A stretch of 64,000 nt of DNA, from NCBI GenBank assembly GCA_964270895.1, contig OZ185437.1. One strand, given 5' to 3'. Within the stretch, counting starts at the first letter, position 1. Every line of letters begins with the position of its first letter. Source of the DNA: Podarcis filfolensis. Lineage: Eukaryota. Shown piece after piece: positions 23,727-37,200 of this stretch. Made by a program: the position numbers and the translations under genes. Below the pieces are notes generated by a model. It was not told the origin of the DNA and did not search any database. It saw nothing but the letters and a program-made list of their open reading frames with translations.

Positions 23727-23892
23727 ACCCTACTTTCTTGACTGCAGTTAGTTTTAAACTGATTTTGATGTTGCATTTTTAAATTGCTGTAACCCGCACT
23801 GGGACCTTAAAGGTGAAGGGTGGGTACAAAAAAAGAAAATCAAATAAGTACTAGGGCACTATTCAACTAAGTTTTACTTAAAGTAGACCCAT

Positions 23893-23990
23893 TAAGAACA
23901 TAAGAACAGCCCTGCTGCAACAGACAGACTAGTTGTGCACCTAGTCCAGTATCCTGTTCTCATGATAGCCAACTAGATGCTCACGGGAAG
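23893..23990 (-). mobile_element. Old CR1 3' end fragment
   Basis: taagaacataagaacagccctgctg..cctagtccagtatcctgttctc is the typical reverse-complemented CR1 terminus. Confidence 0.6.
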
Positions 23991-24041
23991 GGCTTAACAT
24001 AGACCTGTTCATGCAGTTCACTGGGTAAAATTTAGTGGACT

Positions 24042-24399
24042 AGGTAAAGGTAAAGGGACCCCTGACCATTAGGTCCAGTCGTGACCGACTCTGGGGTTGC
24101 GGCGCTCATCTTGCTTTATTGGCCGAGGGACCGGCCTACAGCTTCCGGGTCATGTGGCCAGCATGACTAAGCTGCTTCTGGCAAACCAGAGCAGTGCACG
24201 GAAACACCGTTTACCTTCCTGCCAGAGCGGTACCTATTTATCTACTTGCACTTTGACGTGCTTTCGAACTGCTAGGTGGGCAGGACAGAACAGGGACCGA
24301 GCAACGGGAGCTCACCCCGTCGCGGGGATTCGAACCACCAACCTTCTGATCGGCAAGTCCTAGGCTCTGTGGTTTAACCCACAGCACCACCTGCGTCCT
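24042..24399 (-). mobile_element. Sauria (Squam1) SINE, full length
   Basis: tRNA-like head with B-box GGTTCGAATCC on the minus strand; (ACCTTT)n tail. Confidence 0.95.
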
Positions 24400-25336
24400 T
24401 CTACTACCCCTAATAAATATTATATATAATAAATAATAAATATTATAATGCCACAAAAATGTAATCGATTTTGACACAAGATTTGATTTTTTTCAAATCA
24501 ACATAACACAAAAACCTGACCTGATGAAGAGAAACGGATGCCATTTCCTGATTCAGCTGTGCAAAAATACCCTAAGTCAGTTGTAGAAATCTAGACAACA
24601 TTCAAAAAGTAAAAAATTGTTGCCCAGTGATAAGTTGTGCCACTACCAAGAAGCTGATTTTGTAGCACACCCCATGGAACTGTCCCAGTAAGCAGCAGTG
24701 ATGCTCTTGCCAGGAGACCAGCTTCACAATGCAACCTAGCCAGCTGTTTCTGCTTCAACACCACAGAAAGCTGCTGGGGTATCCTGCTTTACTAATGGCA
24801 GTCTTCTAATTGAAATAGTTGTCCAACTGGAGGTCTCTCCACTTGAAGTCCAGCTTAAAGATAAAGAATCATAAGGAGAGAACAGGGATCTTTGAAGGTG
24901 CTGACCAACAGTCTGCACCTGGACAGCAGACAGAGAATGAGCACAGGTCACTTGGTTGCACTCTTCCGAATGCAGTGCTAAGTGGGCTATGCATGTGATA
25001 AAAAAGGTCAATCCATGCAATGGAACCTCCCCCGATCTCTTCTGTGTGCCCCCAAACCCGTTCTTGGGTTTCCTTCAGTCCTGTGGAGGTGCAGGGTGTT
25101 GAGGTTGGGAGGGGTGAGGTCTCATTGTGTGAGCGGACCTCATTTTGTGCATGCAACAACTTAGTTGGATCCCACCCTAAGTCTATTTAAATTATAGTAA
25201 ATATATTTAAATACATATCTATACATATAAATTATCTTAAGCAAATTAAAATGTGTGAGTGACCCCTTGAAGTTGCAAATGTATGGGCATTGCTTCATTG
25301 TCTATTTTATTTTACTTATGATTAGAGACATATTTC

Positions 25337-25412
25337 GAAGACAGGAGTGCCTGGCGTGCTCTGGTCCATGGGGTCACGAAGAGTCGGACACGACTAAACG
25401 ACTAAACAACAA
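25337..25412 (+). mobile_element. 76-bp BovB 3' terminus
   Basis: gaagacaggagtgcctggcgtgctctggtccatggggtcacgaagagtcggacacgactaaacgactaaacaacaa; perfect 13-bp TSD AGAGACATATTTC (25324-25336, 25413-25425). Confidence 0.92.
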
Positions 25413-26428
25413 AGAGACATATTTCAGTGCTTTGTGTTGCTTACTCTTCTTTCCTGGCATTCATACTGACTCACCAAACAAAATGACAATACATGCTCTC
25501 CATCTCCTCTCTAGATATTTTATCTACCTGTAAATCTCCAATGCCTTTAAGATGAGTCTCATGGTCAACAGTACGTGCTCTTTTCTTTTCAAAACAAGCA
25601 CATTGTTAAGAAATGGGTTTGGTTTCCTATATTCTAGGCCACTTCTAACAGAAAAAAAATCATTGTTGTGAGTGCTACCCAAATGTGAATTGATCAGCAT
25701 TTTATGCCTCACAAGCTGTTGTTGTATGTGAGCCTGTCTACATGGCAACTGCAAACACTATCAGTTTGGCCCCATAGCAAGCAGCCAGATGGATGTCTGG
25801 AAAAAGGCTAGCACATTAACCCCCAGAGTGGGATAGCAGTAAAGGGACACTGCTTGTCCTATACAGTAGATGCCTCCTACCTATCACTTGCTCCCCTGCA
25901 CTTCAGGGAGCTAACAGGCTGCGGCCTTCTTGCATACAACACCAGCTGGGCTTCATGCATGCATCCAGTTCTACAAGTAAGCACCATTCAGATGAGTTCT
26001 AGGACACACCAGCATTAGTTTAACAACACAGTTTCCTACCACGTTAAATCCCACCCATCTTTTGTGCTGCACTTCTCTGACCCCCAAAGTAGAGTTGTGA
26101 CTCATCACTCATCCCATCTGGTATCTATCACATTCTTCATTGGTGTTCATAAGCGAAACATAGTGGTGTTTACATCTCTTTGCTTCAAATAAAATAACAT
26201 ATTAAAACAACACAGAACACTCTTAATCATTCTCTTTAGCATTTCTTTCTACTCTGAAGAACAGTCATTTCATATAATTCAGATTTTATCTGCTATTTTT
26301 AAGTCATGACGGAGCTTTTCCTCTAACCATGTGGTTATTTATTTATCTCTCTGAAACAAGTTTATACAGAAATGCTTCTTAGCAATTCAAGCAGATTGTA
26401 TTCACTGGGCTATTTTCATTTTTAAGAT

Positions 26429-26753
26429 TAAGGTTAAGGGACCCCTGACCATTAGGTCCAGTTGTGGCCAACTCTGGGGTTGCGGCGCTCATCTCGCTTT
26501 ATTGGCCGAGGGAGCCGGCGTACAGCTTCTGGGTCATGTAGCCAGCATGACTAAGCCGCTTCTGGCGAACCAGAGCAGTGCACGGAAATGGCGTTTACCT
26601 TCCCGCCAGAGCGGTACCTATTTATCTACTTGCACTTTGACCTGCTTTCGAACTGCTAGGTTGGCAGGAGCAGGGACCAAACAACGGGAGCTCACCCCAT
26701 TGCAGGGATTCGAACCGCCAACCTTCTGATCGGCAAGTCCTAGGCTCTGTGGT
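26429..26753 (-). mobile_element. Sauria (Squam1) SINE lacking the first ~25 nt
   Basis: Near-identical to 24042-24399 but stops at ctaggctctgtggt. Confidence 0.93.
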
Positions 26754-27609
26754 AAAATTAATATAATGTAAGAATGAGAAGAGGACATTTTTTTTAAGTA
26801 CTTAAAAATATTATTATTGCAGTCTTTAATTTTTTCAGACCCAGAACCCACTAACAGCCAGTGATTTTTTTCTGGAGAGACGAAGGGGGACGCATACACC
26901 TAAACATTTTGTGAATCTAAGTTTAGCCTCACTGAGGGGCAGTATTTCAATATGAGTAGGAAAATGAGAGTACCCCTAAACATTTTTTTAGGAAAAAAGC
27001 ACTGCTTACAGCAGACTACAAAATAACTACAACTTTTATTTTCTTTAAACATATTTTTAAATCTTTGCCTTGGACTGAAAAGATGAGAGCAATAGCAAGA
27101 AATCTGTACTTCTAATTGTTGCATAGAAATGATAATTTATTTGGGGGCATTTCCTGCTATTCAATGAGAATCTCAGAGGGGCTAGATAGCTTCATTTCCC
27201 CTCAAACACACAATGTACATGACATACTGAATGCAAACAAACCATGAAAAAGAATCTCTGAATTGAAAGTGGAGACACTATTTGTACTTTTTGTTTGTTT
27301 TGTTTATTTATTACACAAGAAAATCTTTAATAAAAACTAATTTTTAAAAATAAATAAACTACTGAAACCTTTCGTTGCTGTTGTTGTTGTTGTTGCTGCT
27401 GCTGCTTTTGCAGCTGGTCATCCCCACTGTGGGCGAATCTACACTCATGTTTCATAACATTAGGAAAGGGTTAAGAAAACGTTTAAAAATGTAAGGGTCA
27501 TATTACGCTTAGTTTAGGACTTTAATAATGTGTTATTGAAATGTGACAGCAGAGGGCGTTGCAAAGGTACTAGCTATCTTAAACGGGGTAGACTTTGTGG
27601 AAACGTAAT

Positions 27610-28789
27610 GAAAGGGGCATAGGAACCAGAGACCAAATTGCAAACATGTGCTGGATTATGGAGAAAGCTAGAGAATTCCAGAAAAACATCTACTTCTGCT
27701 TCATCGACTATGCAAAAGCCTTTGACTGTGTCGACCACAACAAACTATGGCAAGTTCTTAAAAAATGGAAGTGCCTGATCACCTCATCTGTCTCCTGAGA
27801 AATCTCTATGTGGAACAAGAAGCTACAGTTAGAACTGGATATGGAACAACTGATTGGTTCAAAATTGGGAAAGAAGTACGACAAGGCTGTATATTGTCTC
27901 CCTGTTTATTTAACTTATATGCAGAATTCATCATGTGAAAGGCTGGGCTGGATGAATCCCTAGCCGGAATTAAGATTGCTGGAAGAAATATCAACAACCT
28001 CAGATATGCAGATGACATAACCTTGATGGCAGAAAGTGAGGAGGAATTAAAGAACCTTTTAATGAGGGTGAAAGAGGAGAGCGCAAAATATGGTCTGAAG
28101 CTCAACATCAAAAAAACGAAGATCATGGCCACTGGGCCCATCACCTCCTGGCAAATAGAAAGGGAAGAAATGGAGGCAGTGAGAGATTTTACTTTCTTGG
28201 GCTCCATGATCACTGCAGATGGTGACAGCAGTCACGAAATTAAAAGACGCCTGCTTCTTGGGAGAAAAGCAATGACAAACCTAGACAGCTTCTTAAAAAG
28301 AAGAGACATCACCTTCTCGACTGAGGTCCGTATAGTTAAAGCTATGGTTTTCCCAGTAGTGATGTAGGGAAGTGAGAGCTGGACCATAAAGAAGGCTGAT
28401 CGCCGAAGAATTGATGCTTTTGAATTATGGTGCTGGAGGAGACTCTTGAGAGTCCCATGGACTGCAAGAAGATCAAACCTATCCATTCTTAAGGAAATCA
28501 GCCCTGAGTGCTCACTGGAAGGACAGATCGTGAAGCTGAGGCTCCAATACTTTGGCCACCTCATGAGAAGAGAAGACTCCCTGGAAAAGACCCTGATGTT
28601 GGGAAAGATGGAGGGCACAAGGAGAAGGGGACAACAGAGGTCGAGATAGTTGGACAGTGTTCTCGAAGCTACAAACATGAGTTTGTCCAAGCTGCGGGAG
28701 GCAGTGGAAGACAGGAGTGCCTGACGTGCTCTGGTCCATGGGGTCACAAAGAGTCGGACACAACTTAACAACTAAACAACAATAACGAC
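27610..28789 (+). mobile_element. BovB (RTE) LINE, 5'-truncated ~1.2 kb, with stops and frameshifts
   Basis: GTRDQIANMCWIMEKAREFQKNIYFCFIDYAKAFDCVDH; GLKLNIKKTKIMATG; RVPWTARRSN; 3' end gagtcggacacaacttaacaactaaacaac. Confidence 0.95.
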
Positions 28790-28954
28790 GAAAGAGAAAC
28801 TAAATGGGACTGACATTTTAGAACGATATTTCTAATATCGTTCTAATAACGTTTTAAAGGTATCTGTGTAGATCCAGCCCCTCTCTCTTTTGTTCTGTTA
28901 AAAGAACAGCCCTTAAGCATAAAAAGGAGGCCATTAAAAAGGAAAAAGGGGTGG

Positions 28955-29210
28955 CCCATCCAATGAAGCTGGATTCAGGGCAAACAAAAGAGCACACAGT
29001 GCACATTTTAACTGTGGAATTAGCTCCCAGAAGAAATAGTGACCACAGGCTAGGATGGATTTAAGAGGATTAGACAAATAAGGCTATCAACACCTACTAG
29101 CCACAACGACTTTGTTTCACTTCCACTGTAAGAGGCAGTATGACGTACGACTCTGAATACAATTTGCTGGGAATCACAAGTGGGGAGTGTGCTGGGGCAC
29201 TCAGATCCAA
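28955..29210 (+). mobile_element. Ancient degraded CR1-type 3' fragment
   Basis: atccaatgaagctg..actgtggaattagctccc..ggatttaagaggattagacaaat..ggctatcaa..ctactagcc. Confidence 0.5.
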
Positions 29211-29268
29211 CTTTTGGGCCTACTATTTCTTATGTTAAAACCTACACTTATGCACTCTACATAAGTAA

Positions 29269-29884
29269 TGTTATGAGTTGCTGGGGGGAGGGTAATATTC
29301 TTTGAATATCCAGGCTAGTTTCCTGGTGAGGTGATTGCCTGATGGGCCATTAAGGAGAACACAGGACGGGGCTCTGTGAGAGATAGCCAATGGGTGGGGT
29401 AGTTAGAAGGACAAAGGCAGAGTGAGAACAGAGAGTTAGATATGAGCTAGAAGCAAAGCAGCAATATGGGAAGAGAGAGATGTTTGATTTCTGTTTGAAT
29501 CCAAGGCTGTGGCTATGGAGGAAGGAAGGCAGGCCCTCTTGGGGCATTAGTGTTGTGAAGCCCTCCATCATAGGCTCAGACTGAGTATATACCGGTAAGT
29601 TGTTTAGACTGGAGCCCCTAGAATCTTGCACCAGAGACTGAGGTGCCATGCAACAGTAATATTAACTAAAACTATGAGTATTCTTGTTAATATTTTTGTC
29701 TCCATTGATCAGTGTGTATTACCAGCATTTGCTGGTGGAAAATTCTGTATGTTTACATCTTGCTCCTGTACATTCCTACTGACAAATAAATCTCCCCTTG
29801 TCCAATCAGACTTGCTTCTAAATTACAATAAATCTATCTTAATAATTTAAGTTTCCTTGCTTTAACTCAGCTCACCCTGAAACA
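29269..29884 (+). mobile_element. Possible solo LTR (~616 bp)
   Basis: TGTT...AACA ends, CCAAT, TATA-like GAGTATATA and two AATAAA; no TSD recognised. Confidence 0.38.
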
Positions 29885-32256
29885 AAATCAGGCACGTGTA
29901 ATGCATACTCATTTAGAGGTATAATTAATTTTGTTTTATAGCATTAGTATCTGTTGCCAGTGTTGAAAGATAATGACGAAAATACCAGACGTTGTGGAGC
30001 TATAAAATGGGAGATTGAGCCCTTTGGCTGCTATCTCTGGCCTATCATGATCCCAGGGACAACCCTGGTTAGTTCACACATTTCACAATGTGCAGACACT
30101 CTCTGAGGTTATTTTTAACACCCCTGAACAATAATTTTCAGACTAGCACCTTAACTCAGGATAGCTGCCACCACATAGTAGCTGTCTCTGGCACAAAGAT
30201 TACTGTGGAACCAGGGAAGAAGAACTGATTTAAGACTATGGGCTCTTTTCATACTTACTCCAACAAGACAGTTCCACCATACTCTAATTACCAAAAATTT
30301 AGGCATTGAAATTGTGTGTTCAAACAGTGCCAATTCTCTTTTTACTTCTTGTTTTGTGATATATTTTAGCATAAAGGAACTACCTACATTACCCATAATG
30401 GGCTTCATGTTTCCTAATCAGTACTCAGACCAGAGCTGCAATCCTAATACACACTTAGCTGGCAGCAAGCCCCATCAAAGACAGTGGGATTTACTTCTAA
30501 GTAAACATATACAGAATTGTGCTGCACATTCAGGTTCTTTCTTGATCAGGGCTTAGGGAAGCTTCTGGTCCCCAATCCTGGATAACACTTGGGCCATTGC
30601 AACAGCAGTGGTGAGCATGCATGGCATGTTGTAGCACTTGTGTAGTACTGATATACAATACTGAATGGTGCCCATCATATATTCTCACTGCCTTTCAGTT
30701 TCATAAGCTCAGTAAATCATTTTTATAAGACACAGAGTCAATATCAAATGAAATTCAGGCATACCAACCAGATACACAACCCATGAGATCAGCATCCAAC
30801 TTCTCAGAAAATGAAGTGGCATTCTTCCACCAGAGTTTGAGCAATAACTGCCTGTGACTTCCTTAGTATATGACAGTGTGATTTGTTTGGTTAATTCAGA
30901 GAGTGAACAAGATTCTGGCATGAGCATATGGTATTCAGTTTCATAGAGGAACAGGCTCTGAGTGCCACTTGAGATTGTACATATGACTGATACCAAGCAG
31001 AAGACAGACATGACATTTATGAGCATCATAATTCTCCTGTTTTAATAGCTCAAAAACAAGTTCTTTCAAGACAGAGTCAACAGTTTACCAACATCCAGGT
31101 AAATTAAATTAATTGCTCCAACTTTTAATAATGAAATAATCTGGTAAGACAACAACCATGGTCTGAACTGAGTTGCTTTTGATGGATTTGAGTAGTTCCT
31201 ACTTGTCCTTCTTTCAAAATATTTCAGACTATGTCTACATTGTTTTTTTAAAAAAAGTATATATTCCATATAAGTAATTTCCAGGGTATTTTCCTATGTA
31301 TATATTTCAAATATTGAAGATGACATAAATTTTCACCTGGGTGATTATTACTCTTTTATTGTAGGAATTAAAAATTATGTGGGTACGTGTCTTATTACAG
31401 ATGGGTGAGCTATTTACTTTCAGGCATTCATGCTGAATTATACTACTAGTGGGTACACTGACAGTGGTAGTAGATCTCTGCTCAGTGAATTTTCTGCAGC
31501 ATAGTGAGAACCTCCCCAGAAGATAAGCCCCCTCTCTAGTGTTACAATTAAAATGCATCCTGTATCTTCAGATATTATTTCAGTAAACTGTCAACCACAA
31601 TAAGCCCAAAGCATTAGGTCCAGCTTGTATATTTGGAAACCTAGTATATTAATGTTTATTAGAGAAATTTAAGCTTAAGAGAAATTTAAGCTTATGATAT
31701 TCACATATTATGCTTTATAAAACATGTATCAAATCTCTTTACTATATTCTATTCTTTCATTATTATTGAAGCTGTGTTATTATTATTGAAGCTGAGATCC
31801 AGTTATAAGTTTAACTTTTGCATGAAGCAGCCTTGAAGTTTTAGCAACTTCTCAAGAACAACAGATAAGCTTTAGTAATTGCTTGGAAACAACATTCCAG
31901 AGGCGTTTGTTTGTGTGTGAATGGATTTTGCTTACAGGAGTAGATAAGAAATAGGTTTGGCCTAGCAGATGAGCAGTGCCACCAATATGCGCTTTTGCTC
32001 TTTACTATGCTACAAACTTTGGACCTACACAAAACTGAGGCTGTTCCCATGCATGTGAAGAGGACAATGGTGAGACAAACTTGGTTTTTGACTATGCTGC
32101 ATTCACAACCAATTGCATTCTAGATCTTGTAGGATAGGACTATGTTTCACTATTCCATGTGTATATAAAGGCAGTTCTGCCCCAGTGCCAATTGGGAAAA
32201 GGCAATTTGGATGTAGAAGCCAAGGCAGAGAAACCAATTGCAGAGAAGGTCTAGAG

Positions 32257-32392
32257 AAGGCATGGCCAAACTCGGCCCTCCAGATGTTTTGGGACTACAA
32301 TTCCCATCATCCATGACCACTGGTCCTGTTAGCTAGGGATGGTGGGAGTTGTAGTCCCAAAACATATGGAGGGCCGAGTTTGGCCATGCCTG
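32257..32392. mobile_element. Near-perfect palindromic hAT MITE (136 bp)
   Basis: aggcatggccaaactcggccctcca...tggagggccgagtttggccatgcctg; 8-bp TSD GTCTAGAG (32249-32256, 32393-32400). Confidence 0.92.
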
Positions 32393-32513
32393 GTCTAGAG
32401 CAACTAAGAAGACTAAGACGACCAATTGGGAAAAGGATTACAATTCACAAAAAGGGATTACAATTCAGGGAAGACTTAAACAACAGAAATCCAAGGACAT
32501 GTGTCTGCAGCAT

Positions 32514-32561
<48 letters not shown>

Positions 32562-35369
32562 CTCTCTCCCTCCCCCCCCCCCATTTTTACTTGTCACAGT
32601 CCCAGTCTTTGGCAGGGGAGTAGGTGTGCGTGTGTGTTTGTGTGTACCCCATCCTTTGTACCCCATGAAATAGGGTTAGTGTGCTAAGGAAAGTTATACA
32701 TTCACTACACTCTCCAGCCACCTGTTTCTAGGACTTTTCAGAAGGAAAAGTCCCAACTGTGTAATATTGATTTCAAAGAATAAAGCTTTGAACCTTCATT
32801 TTTTGTCTTATCTGGAAGTGCCAAGGATTGAACATATGTCCTGCATAGAAAGCAGGTGCTTTAACATTGAGCTGGTTCTGCCTAGAAGTAGCTAACACTG
32901 ACTAGCATGAGCTTTTCAAGATCTCTGGGTTTTTTCCTAGTCCTGCTGTGCTGACCCTTTTTAAACAGAGATAGCCAACAGTAAATCTGAACCATTTTCC
33001 ATGCAAAGCATATACTCAACCCTAAGCTGTGGGCTCTCTCATCGGTTTCTTTCCTTTGTCCTTATTTAAATTCAACACACGGCAAGCATTATCTACTGCA
33101 GCATTAAATGCTACTAAAATGTTGACATTTTGGATGCAACTCTCAGGAAATTTAGTAAAATATAAATTAAGCGAAACACACAATCACAACAATGCTGGAA
33201 ATTAAGTGGATACTATAAAGATAAATTTACTGAGTACAACTGAAGAGCTGGGATGAATTAGCATATTCTAATTATCTTCCCTGTGCTCCTGTAGACTCTG
33301 CAACTATTCAGCTTATATCCACCAGCCTTGCAAAAAAATTAACAAGGGATAACCCCACCACCACCACATGCCCCAATACACATATACACCTACTTCACTC
33401 CCCAATTTCCTTTTCTTCTTTCCTCTGTTACTGGCCCTGCCCCCAAAACTGAAGTTTAGGACTCAGAGCTCCAATGTATTTCCCAAGTTTATCCCCAAAT
33501 GTCAAGCAGGAGACAATGGCAAAATGGTGCTTTTGTCAATTGCCTGTTTGACTGACCTCAGCTGGGACTTGTTCCATATCCTCATGCACATTGTAAATTC
33601 AGCCTGCACTCTGCAAGCATAGATAGCACATTTGTAGCTGCTGACACGCAGGTGTGTGACAGGGCAATGGAACTACCACAACCCAACATTATACAGCCCA
33701 CCTGTGGCTATTCTGCCCTGTAAATGTTAACTATTTGGTTAAGAATGACTCCCCCCTCAGATTTTGAGTAATTGAGGGGGGGCTGTATGTACAGTTTTCT
33801 AACTATTAGCTGACTCCTGTTGAAGTTTCACTTCATGTGCCATTTTTTGAGGCAGGTATATAGACACATTTTTTTGTTCAGGCTTTTTTTTTTAAGTAAT
33901 CCCAGGTGTCTTGGCCTACAGGTGCTTCAAATTTCAGCTTCCTGGGCTGTGAGGAAATTCCCTCACCTTTTGAAGAAACACGTTTGGCAACATACAAGCC
34001 GAAACACACAAGGCTCCCTTTTTCATAATCGTTCTGGTCACCAGGGTAACTTGTGGAACTTGTGAGCTAAATTTCAGCTTGTTAAATTAATTGGAAGTAT
34101 TATTCACCATTATGAGTGAGGCCTAAGAATCCTTAGTATAATATCAAATTATGTTAATCAACCACATTTTCAAATACTGTAAGTATCTGCTCATTCCAAG
34201 CAGGAAAATGACGCTTCACCCTGACCACAGTGCTCTAAACAACTGAAAAGCAGAAATTACGTACCTCAGGGAGAAGCACTTCTTCAAAAATCACTGCCCA
34301 GTTTCTTCCACCTTTGTTTCCTTGCAGGCTGTTTATTTGTGTGCTCACCTTCTAGCATCTTCTATGCTTTGCTGGGCTCCTGAACTCCACAGTGAATATT
34401 GCAAGCTACACAGAGGAGGAAAACCATGGCAGGTGGCAATGAAGGGAAGCAATTGAGTTTGCCTTCCAGCTGCAGCTCCACTCCACCACCTCAAAACAAC
34501 ACTGAGAGAGGAAGTGATCACATACAAGCAGGAAGCCAAGGGAGCAGCACACGTTTTTGCTTGGTGAGAGGGCAGAATTTGGTGGTGAGGGACTTAAGGA
34601 AGTTTAAAACTTGCAGGGATATTTTGGGATAAACTAAACAGAAACCAGCCTATCCTTTCAGCATTTTTCTGTTTGTGACTCTAACCACAGCTGCCTCCCC
34701 GCCCCCATTGCGTTATTGCTATCACAGCTGTGCCGTTACCATTTCCCTGGTTTACCTATAGTTTTGGAAATAACCTGTTTGCTCAATGTGTGTGTAAAAT
34801 CACAGGCCGCACATTTCAGTAGAACAGTTGTTTACACTACCAGTAAAATATTTTAGGAGAGAAATATGAATTTATATGGTGCTGGTTTTCTTTTAGCCTC
34901 TTCCCCCAAACACCTTTGTAGATTTAGGTATGTTAACAAGCCTATTTTGGCATTTTCTCCCACAAGGTTATAATTGCAGGAAGGGGGGAGACTGGGCTCA
35001 TGCTCCCTGGCTCCAACCCTTTTATGACATCTGTGTTTGCCAGGCCACACACCTCTCATGCATTGCTAGGATAATCCAGCACCTATAATGTGAGGAGTCT
35101 ATACCCTTACAGCAGACTGCCTGCAGAAAAAGTTACCCTTACAATATATGCAAAGACTAGATGATGAAAATGCAACTGTGATCACCACTCTGCTATGCAA
35201 GGGAGCTAGCACACATGCAAGGAAGTGTTGCTGGCCCACCCTCAAGATTTATGGTTGGAGATTGCAAAATCTTCATTAAATTACTTGTTATAATCTCCTT
35301 GCTGCCAGATCCACAGATCTCTGCCATCTCCTGCTGCCTTGATCCTAGGCATGTCCCATGCTGCCAATT

Positions 35370-35480
35370 AGTTTTCATGTTAGAGGCCTTGTATTTAACA
35401 TATAAAGCCCAGAACAACTTGGGACCAGGATACCTGAAAGACTGTCTGCCCTTATATAGATCAGGACGGCTACACTACTA
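35370..35480 (+). mobile_element. L2 fragment
   Basis: Translates to LYLTYKAQNNLGPGYLKDCL, the L2 ORF2 C-terminal motif. Confidence 0.6.
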
Positions 35481-36579
35481 GAGTATCATTAGGCAGAGAT
35501 GTGAAAACAGGTATTTCACCCTCCGCCTAGTGGACGCACACCCCACCCCTAGTCATATTTGGGCCCCCACAAGGCTTCATGTTGCTTTGTTACTGTGTTG
35601 TTTATGTACTTTCCAAATCTTATACTTCCCCCCTACCTCTATGTTTCTTTAGGGCTCTTCCATAGGAGGAGAGACACTGATTGGGTCAAATTCCCCCCCC
35701 CCTTGAGTGGAGGAGTGCGACACAAATACATTGGTAAGTGCACACTGCTTCTTGACATTATGGGTGAAGGGGTGGCTAAGCCACACAGCCCTATGACTCT
35801 GCTTCATGCACTTCATGCACTCTTTTAATGTATGTGTGGGGAGGAACTGGTGCCCATTTTTTAACATTCCTCGAAAGTCTACAAAGAACAAAAATGCCTT
35901 ACATGAACTACGTGTCATGAAAACAGAGGTGTTTTTGTCAACAGTTTAACCAGCTGTGCATACGATTTCCCTTTTGTTGAAAGGAGAGAATGATAATGCT
36001 CTGCAGAGCTATAAATTAGTGTGTAAGCCTATGCCTTGGCTCTGCTAGAGAGCAATAGCTGAATAAATATACAACTGCATATTCATCTACCTATTTCCCT
36101 TTGCCTCCCACAACAACTTCCTATGAAAGATTAAGTTCTCCTCATATAATCTGAATTCCAGTTTTGGCTGATTAATGCCAATAGACGTGTACAAATGTAT
36201 GCAAATTGTGGCTTGTGGTCGACTTGGAGAGCCATGGGCCAGGAACAGCAGAAGATGAATGTAATTCTATTGCCATGAGTGTGAAAGAAGCTATAGAGAA
36301 AACTGAACAGAAGCTGAAATAGAGTTTGCCTTAAACTTTACCAAGTGCACTGCAGACTTCCTTCTAGTATGAAGTCTTAATATTGTCTGGCTGTAAAAAG
36401 TTCAGCTCTAATCACACTCTGAGGGTTAGATCAGTTTTATTCCTTCATGGCTTCCCACACAGCATTGATAATTATTTGGTGAGGAGCAAAGAAATATGTT
36501 GGAGATTTCTAGCTTTGTTGAGCACAACAATTCACAGGCTGTCCTAGGGAATGACTATCAAGCCCATCTTCAGCATAGA

Positions 36580-37200
36580 TCAATCTTGAAAGCAGTGGTG
36601 GTGCAACCTCCTCCTGAAGAGGCCACCCCTGTAAACTGAGGTATTATCAACCATTGCCGTGTTGCTAATGTCCCTTTCTTGGGCAAGTTGAAAAAGTGAT
36701 GGCTAAGGAACTGGAAATGTTATTGGATGGAATGTTTTATCTAGATCTATCTATGTCTGACTTCAGGTCTGGGTAAGGCATCAAAGCAGCCATGTAGGAA
36801 CAGGTACGTAGCTTGGGGGTTCTCCTAGACGCAAAGTTGCCACAAGAGGCTTAGGGGGCCTCAGTGAAAAGGAGTGCCTATGCCTAGCTCTGGCTAGGTC
36901 ATTCAGTATGACTGTAATCCTTACTCTAATAGCCTGAATTGCTGCAATGCAGTCTATATGGGGCTAACCTTGACGACAAGTCTGCCAATGAGCTACTATG
37001 TCCAATTCAAGACATTGATACTGATGTACAAAGCCTTAAATGACCTACTTAAAGGAGCACATCCTTTGGTACTTACTGATATGCTCCGAGGTCAGCAGGG
37101 GAGACCCTGCTCTATATCCTGTCAATGATGATATTCTGAGACATTCAGTGACAGCACCCTGAATGTGGAACTTTCTCTCCAAGAAAGTTGAGTCTACCCT
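36580..37200 (+). mobile_element. Highly degraded, internally deleted L2
   Basis: Patchy similarity to the 1860-3612 L2 (gtggtgcaacctcctcctgaagagg; gctaatgtccctttcttgggcaag; ttcaagacattgatactgatgtacaaagccttaaatg). Confidence 0.55.

Noticed and set aside
24300-24399. tRNA-like sequences (also 26690-26753 and 62886-62945)
   Set aside because: Heads of SINEs, not tRNA genes.
24440-24630. Possible DNA transposon end (ttgttgcccagtg) with a CTGATGA motif
   Set aside because: Partner TIR and TSD not found; no hammerhead helices.
34340-34560. Strong minus-strand donor (AAG|GTGAGC) and short ORFs suggesting an extra gene
   Set aside because: No matching acceptor, partner exons or protein similarity.
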